Below are positions 8,517-16,800 of a stretch of DNA of 64,000 nt, in pieces. Position 1 is the stretch's first letter; every line of letters begins with the position of its first letter. The position numbers were made by a program, and so were the translations under genes. The notes below the pieces were generated by a model. That model searched no databases and had not been told where the DNA came from. It saw only the letters and a program-made list of their open reading frames with translations. The DNA comes from an uncultured Gammaproteobacteria bacterium (GTDB lineage Bacteria > Patescibacteriota > Microgenomatia > UBA8517). Location: assembly GCA_964617045.1 (NCBI GenBank), contig CAZTVZ010000002.1:12095-76094 (forward strand), given 5' to 3'.

Positions 8517-9200
8517 ATGGCAATTATTAATAGAAGAAAAATACCAAGATTTCTAATTGTCGCACCTGTCTTATTTGTACTTTCTCTTCTTTTGTTGTCT
8601 TTGACAACAAACAGATCCTTGACGGTCAATACTGGTTGTGGCAAATGTGAAGTAAAAGAAATAATAGATCCTGATGCAAAATTGGGTCAATATAATGGCC
8701 AAGCGGTAAATATACCCAAATTATCTTTTAAGTCTACGAGCAACTATGTATTAGGTGCCAATAGCGAGAAAAAATGGATTGAAGTTGATTTGTCGGATCA
8801 AAAATTGAGAGCTTGGGACGGAGACAGTTTGTATTTAGAATCTCTGGTTTCTACGGGACTTCCTTGGTGGCCTACACCCCAAGGAGAATTCCGTATCTGG
8901 GCAAAAGTGCGTGCTACCAAAATGGAGGGTGGATCTGGTAAATATTATTACAATCTTCCCAATGTTCCGTATGTTATGTTTATGGAAAACGAAAAGGTTC
9001 CCGGTTGGAGGGGATACGGCCTTCATGGGACATATTGGCATAATGATTTCGGAAAAGTGCACTCCCACGGTTGTGTGAATTTACCGACCGATATTGCCGA
9101 AAAACTTTACTATTGGACGACACCCGAATTAAATGCCGGAAAAGGCTGGATATTTTCTGACGACAATAATCCCGGAACAAGAATAGTAATTCATGAATAA
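8517..9200 (+). CDS. L,D-transpeptidase (YkuD family)
   Basis: N-terminal TM; WIEVDLSDQ, VSTG..TPQGEF and HGTYWH..SHGCVN catalytic motif. Confidence 0.93.
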   Translation: MAIINRRKIPRFLIVAPVLFVLSLLLLSLTTNRSLTVNTGCGKCEVKEIIDPDAKLGQYNGQAVNIPKLSFKSTSNYVLGANSEKKWIEVDLSDQKLRAWDGDSLYLESLVSTGLPWWPTPQGEFRIWAKVRATKMEGGSGKYYYNLPNVPYVMFMENEKVPGWRGYGLHGTYWHNDFGKVHSHGCVNLPTDIAEKLYYWTTPELNAGKGWIFSDDNNPGTRIVIHE

Positions 9201-9669
9201 TTTGATTTTCTCTTCGGAGAACCTGTTTATCACATTTCTGGCAAGTATTCTTATCTGGCTGATGTTTGCAGCCCTTCTTTTCGTGTGGGTTAAAAATAAA
9301 AGGGTAAGAAAAGATACCGCGATTAGGGCATTTTTGTCAGCACTGATAGCGTGGAGTGTTGCCGAAATAATAAAAATGATTATCAGTGTTCCGAGGCCGT
9401 ACGAAATAACCGGATACAGTCCTCTTACCGCGACAGTTCCGGGAACTAATTCATTTCCTTCAACACATTCGGCAGTTGCTGCCGCACTTGCAACAAGTTT
9501 GTTTCTGAGGGAGAAGTCGATAGGGATATATTTTGTAATGGGTGCGGTGGGGGTTGCTGTAGGGAGAATCCTTTCCAACGTTCATTATATTTTTGATGTT
9601 ATTGTCGGAATATGGATTGGAATTGTGGTTGGATTTGTGTCTTCAAAGGTAGGGATAAAAAGAAAATGA
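9193..9669 (+). CDS. PAP2-family phosphatase (probable undecaprenyl-PP phosphatase)
   Basis: K..RPY, SFPSTH and GRILSNVHY..D motifs. Confidence 0.9.
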   Translation: MNNLIFSSENLFITFLASILIWLMFAALLFVWVKNKRVRKDTAIRAFLSALIAWSVAEIIKMIISVPRPYEITGYSPLTATVPGTNSFPSTHSAVAAALATSLFLREKSIGIYFVMGAVGVAVGRILSNVHYIFDVIVGIWIGIVVGFVSSKVGIKRK

Positions 9670-9672
9670 CAC

Positions 9673-9706
9673 TTGACTATTAGCAGTTAAAATAATAGAC
9701 TGCTAA
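9673..9706 (+). promoter_or_regulatory. lon promoter with overlapping CIRCE-like operator
   Basis: TTGACT-17-TAGACT promoter; TTAGCAGTT-N9-GACTGCTAA inverted repeat at 9680-9706. Confidence 0.8.
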
Positions 9707-9713
9707 GATACAA

Positions 9714-12071
9714 ATGGAGAAATCAATATTAGCATTCCGACGTGTTCCGATTGTTGCAGTCAGAGGATCTGTTATCTTTCCACATACCGATACTCTTCTT
9801 TCTTTCGGGCGACCGAAATCCATAACAGCAGTAAATACTGCTTTTCAGGAAGATAGAGTTGTTGCGATATTTTCGCAAAAAGATCCCAGAACTTCCGATC
9901 CATCCGAAGACGATCTGTACCCGATAGGAACAATAGCAACAATAACCCAAATGATGTCCACGGACGGAGAGATCCATGCTCTTGTGAGAGGTCAGGCCAG
10001 GATAAAACTGGTTGAGGTTTTGGCCAAAGAACCGTATTTAATCGGAAAAGTATCTGAAATAAAAGAACAAGGATTAAATACCATTGAAGTCAAAGCGCTT
10101 TCTTCACAACTTCAAGAAATGTTCAAAAAAGCTGTTAATTTGGGAAAACAAGCCGAGATAATGACCGTAATGAAATTGATATCCGGACAAGTCGAACCCA
10201 TTGAACTTGTGGATCAGGTAGCTTCTTTATTGGATATTAAAACAACCGATAAACAAAAACTTTTGGAGATGCTCTCAGTTAAAGAAAGAATGGAAAAGGT
10301 GCTTAGTTATTTGGCAAAAGAAGTAAATGTATTGGATTTGGAAAAAACAATATCTTCCAAGACCCAAAAGAGATTTGAAGATCAAATGAGAAAAGCGATG
10401 CTTAGGGAAAAGAAAAGAACCATTGAGGCGGAATTGGGAGAAGAAGAAAGCGAACTTCCCGAAGAAGAAAGTAACGAATACAAAACAAAGATCAGAAATG
10501 CCAAGATGCCCAAAGCGGTAAGAGAAAAAGCAGAAAAAGAATTAAAGAGATTGTCTCAGATGTCTCCCCACAATCCCGAGACCGCATATATAAGAAATTA
10601 TTTGGACTGGCTTTGTGATGTTCCCTGGTCGGAAGTAACTCCCAATAATGTGTCGATTAAAAAAGCAGCCAAGGTTTTGGAAGATCGACATTACGGAATG
10701 AAAAAAGCAAAAGAAAGAATATTGGAATTTTTGGCGGTTATGAAACTCAAAAAAGAATCGAAAGAAGCACAACCCACGATACTTTGTTTCATGGGTCCAC
10801 CCGGGGTAGGAAAAACATCAATCGGAAAATCTATTGCGGAGTCCCTAAACAGAAAATTCGTTAGAATATCTTTAGGAGGCATCAGGGACGAAGCGGAGAT
10901 AAGGGGACACCGAAGAACTTACGTCGGTGCTCTTCCCGGAAGAATCATTCAGGGAATGAAAACTGCGGGTGTAGTAAATCCTGTTTTTATGCTCGACGAA
11001 ATAGACAAAATCGGAGTAGATTTCAGAGGTGATCCAAGTTCTGCACTGTTGGAAGCATTGGATCCGGAACAAAACAAAGAATTCTCCGATCACTATTTGG
11101 AAGTTCCTTACGACCTATCTCAAGCTATGTTTATCGCAACGGGAAACATGATGGATGGAATTCCCCATGCATTAAGAGACAGAATGGAAGTAATTACTTT
11201 TCCGGGATATACAGAGGACGAGAAATTACATATTGCGAAAGATTTCCTTTGGCCGAAACAATTAAGACTTCATGGACTTGAAAAAGAAAAATTAAATCTT
11301 ACCGACAAAGCAATGAGAGAGATAATTTCCAGATACACCAGGGAGTCGGGTGTCAGAGAATTGGAAAGAAACCTTGCGTCGATCTGTCGAAAAGTTGCCA
11401 AATTTATTGCTGAAGGAAAAAGATTCGAGAAGAAAATTGATTTGAAAGACGTACCAAAATTATTGGGACCACAAAAATTTACTTCGCAAATTGCCGAGAA
11501 GAAAGATGAAGTAGGAATGTCTACCGGTCTTGCGGTAACCCAGGTCGGAGGGGAAATATTGTTTATTGAAGTTGCCTTAATGCCCGGAAAAGGAAAATTA
11601 ACCCTTACAGGAAAACTTGGAGATGTTATGAAAGAGTCGGCAATGGCCGCATATACATGGGTTAAGGCACATTACAAAGAGTTGGGATTAAAACCGGATT
11701 TTGCCCAGACAATGGATGTCCATTTACACGTTCCGGAAGGTGCGGTGCCTAAAGACGGTCCATCGGCAGGGGTAACGCTCGCCACGGCACTTGTATCCGC
11801 ATTAACGGGTATACCCGTAAAGAGAAACGTCGGAATGACCGGAGAAATTACTCTTAGAGGAAGAGTTCTTGAGATAGGAGGGGTAAAAGAAAAGGTTATA
11901 GCAGGCCACAGGGCAGGACTTAAGACAATCGTGCTTCCCAAAGACAATCAAAAAGATATGGAAGATGTTCCGGAAGCCGTCAAAAAAGATATTAAATTCG
12001 TGTTTGCCTCCAGACTAAACGAAGTATTGGAAGTAGCACTAAAAAAATGGCCCGTTAAAACCTCGAATTAA
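9714..12071 (+). CDS. lon: ATP-dependent Lon protease
   Basis: LON N-domain, GPPGVGKTS, MLDEIDK, PKDGPSAG catalytic Ser and GGVKEK catalytic Lys. Confidence 0.98.
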   Translation: MEKSILAFRRVPIVAVRGSVIFPHTDTLLSFGRPKSITAVNTAFQEDRVVAIFSQKDPRTSDPSEDDLYPIGTIATITQMMSTDGEIHALVRGQARIKLVEVLAKEPYLIGKVSEIKEQGLNTIEVKALSSQLQEMFKKAVNLGKQAEIMTVMKLISGQVEPIELVDQVASLLDIKTTDKQKLLEMLSVKERMEKVLSYLAKEVNVLDLEKTISSKTQKRFEDQMRKAMLREKKRTIEAELGEEESELPEEESNEYKTKIRNAKMPKAVREKAEKELKRLSQMSPHNPETAYIRNYLDWLCDVPWSEVTPNNVSIKKAAKVLEDRHYGMKKAKERILEFLAVMKLKKESKEAQPTILCFMGPPGVGKTSIGKSIAESLNRKFVRISLGGIRDEAEIRGHRRTYVGALPGRIIQGMKTAGVVNPVFMLDEIDKIGVDFRGDPSSALLEALDPEQNKEFSDHYLEVPYDLSQAMFIATGNMMDGIPHALRDRMEVITFPGYTEDEKLHIAKDFLWPKQLRLHGLEKEKLNLTDKAMREIISRYTRESGVRELERNLASICRKVAKFIAEGKRFEKKIDLKDVPKLLGPQKFTSQIAEKKDEVGMSTGLAVTQVGGEILFIEVALMPGKGKLTLTGKLGDVMKESAMAAYTWVKAHYKELGLKPDFAQTMDVHLHVPEGAVPKDGPSAGVTLATALVSALTGIPVKRNVGMTGEITLRGRVLEIGGVKEKVIAGHRAGLKTIVLPKDNQKDMEDVPEAVKKDIKFVFASRLNEVLEVALKKWPVKTSN

Positions 12072-12118
12072 CACACCCCAATCTGCTACCATATATTAAA
12101 TGACGGGAGGTGATTACT

Positions 12119-12862
12119 ATGGAAAATAAATCAAGTATTCTTAATCCGGTTGTCTTTATCATATTCATTTTGGTTGCGATTTTCTTTTCTCCTTTGAAAA
12201 ATATCGACTGGGGAAATCTGAAAGTGGGAGATAGGGAAACAATAACCGTTACCGGTTCTGCGAAGACTCAGCAGAAATCTCAAATTGCTACTTTTACCGC
12301 CGGAGTTAATGTATATAGCGACAATAAAGAAGCCGCAATAAACGAGGCTAATGGAAAAATAAACGACATTACATCTAAGGCAAAAGAATTCGGAATAGAC
12401 GATAAAGATATTCAAACCCAAAACATGAGTGTTTACCAAACACAAGACTCTTATTGGGAAGACGGAAGACAAAAATATAGACCCGGACAATGGAGTGTTA
12501 ATAACGACGTTACAATTACTCTAAGAAGCGTTGAGAGAGCGGGGGAACTATACAATGTTCTTTCCTCGACCGGAGCGACAAATATTTACGGACCGAACTA
12601 TCAATCCGATGATCAAAAAGAATTGGAAGCAGGTCTTATAGAACAAGCAATTAAAGATGCAACGGAAAAAGCCAATGCTATGGCCAATGTCGGAGGAAGA
12701 AAATTGGGTAAGATTATTACTATTCAAGAAGGTGACACAACAGGTGGAATTGAAAATCCGGTTTTCTTTGCCAGAATGGATGCGGGCGGAGGAGGAGCAG
12801 CTCCCGAACCGGGATCCCAAACAATTAGTAAGCAGGTTACCGTTACATTTGAGCTTAAATAA
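12119..12862 (+). CDS. SIMPL/DUF541 domain protein
   Basis: ITVTGSA, DIQTQNMSV, AIKDATEKA..A..G.KLGKI..I.E and V.VTFEL pattern; SD GGGAGGTG. Confidence 0.88.
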   Translation: MENKSSILNPVVFIIFILVAIFFSPLKNIDWGNLKVGDRETITVTGSAKTQQKSQIATFTAGVNVYSDNKEAAINEANGKINDITSKAKEFGIDDKDIQTQNMSVYQTQDSYWEDGRQKYRPGQWSVNNDVTITLRSVERAGELYNVLSSTGATNIYGPNYQSDDQKELEAGLIEQAIKDATEKANAMANVGGRKLGKIITIQEGDTTGGIENPVFFARMDAGGGGAAPEPGSQTISKQVTVTFELK

Positions 12863-12907
12863 GCCCAAATAGCCTTAATTTGATATAATATGGGGCAAGT
12901 AATAATT

Positions 12908-12980
12908 GGCCCCATCGTCTAGTGGACTAGGACGGCAGGTTCTCATCCTGCAAACCTGGATTCGAATTCCAGTGGGGTCA
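12908..12980 (+). tRNA. tRNA-Glu(CTC)
   Basis: GGCCCCA..GTCTAGTGGACTAGGAC..GCAGG-TT-CTC-AT-CCTGC..CTGGATTCGAATTCCAG-TGGGGTC-A; TGATATAAT promoter at 12881-12889. Confidence 0.95.
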
Positions 12981-13871
12981 CTTGATCTTCGTTCGAGTGT
13001 AACTGTCCAAATATTCACCTTTATTAACGGAAGCTGTCCCAATTTTGTTGAAGTAGCTTTCAATAATTGGTCTGAATTTTTCCTGTATATATCCTTCAGA
13101 ATAGGAACAGCCAATTACGAATGGTTTTATTCCAAGATCGTTCACTCGTTGTGTAAACTTAATCAGCTCCTTTTCGAGCTCTTGTTCATTTCCTTTGTAA
13201 AGGTAGCTTCCGTCCACTTCATAACCATTTGATATAAAATAATCTGCATCGATTGTGAGGATGATCTCTTTACTGGTGTTTTGAAATGATTCTATTTGCG
13301 AGAGAACTCTTCTGTGGAAGGCAATCTCCCTGATGTCTTTTCCTGCGGGTTTTTCAAGATACCATTCACCGGTTTTTTTATCGATATAAAACGTTTGGTC
13401 TGGTTGTCCGAAACCGAAATATTTTTTGTCGGGAGGGGTATTCCAAAATTTATATATTCTTACATTGTCTATTGAGGCTTCGGGTAGTACCCAGTAATAT
13501 TCGTCAATTACTCCTTCCATATCGTTTTCGGATATCATTGAGTTTACCCAGTTATAAATGTCCTCTGTTCCTTGAGTAATGTGTTCGTTTGTATTAATTG
13601 CATCCGAATGCCAATCAATGTTTATTAATATTTTATTGGTCTTACCTATCTTTCCGTCCTCGTGCAATTTTTCGTAAAAATCCAGTATTTGATTATGGTG
13701 TTCAAAACTATCATAAAAGCTACCGGAGAATATTTGAGTAATATTGTTGTCAAATGTTGTTTTCTCTTTTACGCTTTCAAAATATCCGTTAATCTCCGGA
13801 TAAAAAAACAGAAAGAACATTCCAATTATTGTTGCGAAGGAAAGAAGAATCAATTTTCCGAATCTATTCAC
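12978..13871 (-). CDS. Membrane-anchored arginase/UPF0489-like fold protein
   Basis: N-terminal TM; EHHN, INIDWHSD, NWV and ILTIDADYF metal-binding motifs. Confidence 0.65.
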   Translation of the reverse strand: MNRFGKLILLSFATIIGMFFLFFYPEINGYFESVKEKTTFDNNITQIFSGSFYDSFEHHNQILDFYEKLHEDGKIGKTNKILINIDWHSDAINTNEHITQGTEDIYNWVNSMISENDMEGVIDEYYWVLPEASIDNVRIYKFWNTPPDKKYFGFGQPDQTFYIDKKTGEWYLEKPAGKDIREIAFHRRVLSQIESFQNTSKEIILTIDADYFISNGYEVDGSYLYKGNEQELEKELIKFTQRVNDLGIKPFVIGCSYSEGYIQEKFRPIIESYFNKIGTASVNKGEYLDSYTRTKIK

Positions 13872-13892
13872 GACAACATTATACTAGAAGCA

Positions 13893-16800
13893 TTATCTTA
13901 ATCCGAAAAACTTTAGAATTTTTTCAAATATAGTTTCTTTTTTGGGAGGCTCCTGAATAGCGGGCATCTTATATTCAGGGGTTACGGAAGGAGTGATTAA
14001 AGGAGACTGTTCCGTATCAGGTTTGTTTGTGGTTATTTTCTGAGCAACTTGATTAACGGTATTTCTGATATTGTTGGTGAGAATTGAATACCTGCTTCCG
14101 GATTTGATGGATACTTCATTGGACCACGCACCGCTTGCACATCTATTGTAAGGAATTAACTTAAAGAAATATTTTATGTTGGGATTAAGTTTAGACACAA
14201 TAACGGATTTATCTCCGTATCTTGCAACGGATATTCCTCCGTGGATATATTTGCCCGATTGAACACCATAGACCAAATGGTAATCGGTTACCGGTTGCCA
14301 TGAATCGTTGAAATATATTTTAATTTTGTCTCCACCCAAAGATTCGACTTTCCAGATATACGGTGCACTTCCCGGTGCCGATTCACCGCAACTTCCTCCA
14401 CTTGAAGATGAACCTCCACTACTGCTGCCACCGGAATTGTTATTGTTGTCTCCCGAATCGGTGTTAAGAGAGATCATCATGTCCGGGTCATACACTTCGG
14501 CTTCTTCGGTTGTTGCATATGAATGAAATACAAGTTTAATGTATTCCAAGATTGGTGTTGAACCTTTGGTCATGGTAATCCTGAACCTTAATTGATCGCC
14601 GGCGGTCGGAAAGAATACCGTTTCACCGTACACAATCTCTTCCCAAGTTGTTCCTCCATCGTTAGAGATGGCATAGCTGGTCAAATCGTCCAAGGAATAT
14701 GCGCTTCCCGTACTTACGGATCCGATAATGCTTTCAAGTCTGAAGTAGTTGGCTGCCGCCATTCCGTAGGGAAGAGGTGGGATAATGATTACAGTGTTTT
14801 CTTCTTCGTACGATCTTGTTATTTCGACTTTGGATACACCAACTGCCTGAGAACCTATCCATATGGTGTCGTCGCTTTCTATATAGTATCCGAATCCGTT
14901 ACCTGTTCTGTATAGTGCGTCCGGAAGAGAGAAGTCATACGATACATCGTCAATGGTATCGGTATAAGTGCTGTTGTAATTAAACACTCTTATATGGCCT
15001 TCTCTGGTTGCAAAGATTATTTCGCTTCCGATTGGATCGTCACCTTCATGCCAATACATCTTTTGGATATGTTCATTACCGATATTGGCAATGGAGACCA
15101 TTAGGGCAAAAACATCATCATCCGTTGCTACCGTATCTTTAGTATCAAGTGTCCAGATACCAGCATCTCCACCGAACCAATAAATATTATTTTCGTCTTC
15201 GACTATGGAAAATGCTGCAGCTGTGTCGATAGAACCGGAAGTTGTTTTGTAACAAGTATCGTCCGATTTGTCGCCTGATGTTACACCCAAATCACAGATA
15301 TATGTTCCGTTAACATAACTATTTAATACAAGCGTGTTCCTGTCCGCATCGAAATATGTTCCAACGATATCGTTGTATCCGTCTTCCGCAACATCACCTC
15401 TGATGCCATCGCTTTGCCCCCAATAAGTAATGGTGTCGTCCTCAATGTCGAAGGTGTTTTTGGTGTCGATTCTTGCAATATAGTAACTACCCAAATCTTC
15501 GGCCTGCTCACCGTTGTTCAAGTTAACAAACAAGGCGGTTGTTGCCTGGGTGTTGTCGACGGCGAATACGGAAAAACCTCGATTGTATAGTTCAGCCGTT
15601 TCACTTGGGTAAGTTGTCCCGTCGATTACATTGAAATTGGTTTTACTGTTGTATGCAATATATGTATCGTCTCCAATATCGGACATTGTTCCCTTGGTGT
15701 CATATAAAATTGTTGTTCCGGATTGATAGTAGGAGATAAACAACATTCTGTTTGATCCCGCCATAAACTCCGTTACTTGGGTTACTCTTGAGTCGTGAAT
15801 CGAAGGATATAAAGTGTATGCATTGGTGTTTTTGTCCAAATACATTATGTCTCCTCTGTCCGTACCGATCCAGAGAAATCCAGAATCTATTGCGGGAGAA
15901 ACCGACACTTCTGCCTTACCAAAATCGTATCCGAAGAGGAAGTAATCCTTTTCGAATAGTGCTTGATAGTCAAAATCCAAAGTTGGTTTCAAATGCAGTT
16001 TTCCGTTTCCCCATACTCCGCTTGAAGCAAGTTGGTCTTGAAGAACGTGAGATCTGAAATCAATTTCTGCGGACACGGCAGTGACCGAAAGTCCGTCCGG
16101 TTGGTCAATTACTTCGAATGATTCTTCCACATTGGAGTGGGGGTTTCCTATAATCGGATCTGTCGTTAATCCGGCAGCATCGGTTGCCTGTAGTTCAATC
16201 GTGTGTGTTCCCGTATTTAAACCCGACAGACTGATTTCAAATTCTTCCATTGGAGAATCGAATGTTGAATTGTCTACAGTAACCCACTCCCCACCATCTA
16301 TACGATATTTCAAATTGGCGATGTTTGATGCCGTATCTCCCTCGTTTAATAATGTGTAATCTCTGACAAATCCTTTAATTGATACGTCTCTGTAAATTGT
16401 CGGATTGGGTGCAATTGTGTAAACAAAGATGTCCGGTGCCGTTTGGTCTGTTGCTTCAACAACGAACCTGTAGCTTGGGACTATGTCGGGCCTACTGTAG
16501 CCATATTCACCAAAATCAAGATTGTAGACATGGGTGTTTCCTCTGTCGTCCGTTGCTTTTACAAACATTACGTAAGTTCCGTCCGAAAGTTCGGGAAGAG
16601 TAACGGTTGCGGTTTCGCTGGTTTCATCCCAGGCAAGATCGTCAGGTGTAATAGATATCCATTCATTTACATATGCGGGAACGTTATATTCCGCAGATAC
16701 GATTGTTGATGCGTCCTGAAATCCCAATACTATGGAAGGAGTATTGTCTGTAACTCTGGATGCATTTGCGGGACCGGTAATTGTAATTGCGGGAGGAGCA

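Noticed and set aside
12875-13232. ORFs 12906..13232 (+) and 12875..13114 (-)
   Set aside because: They are translations of tRNA-Glu and shadows of the 297-aa gene.
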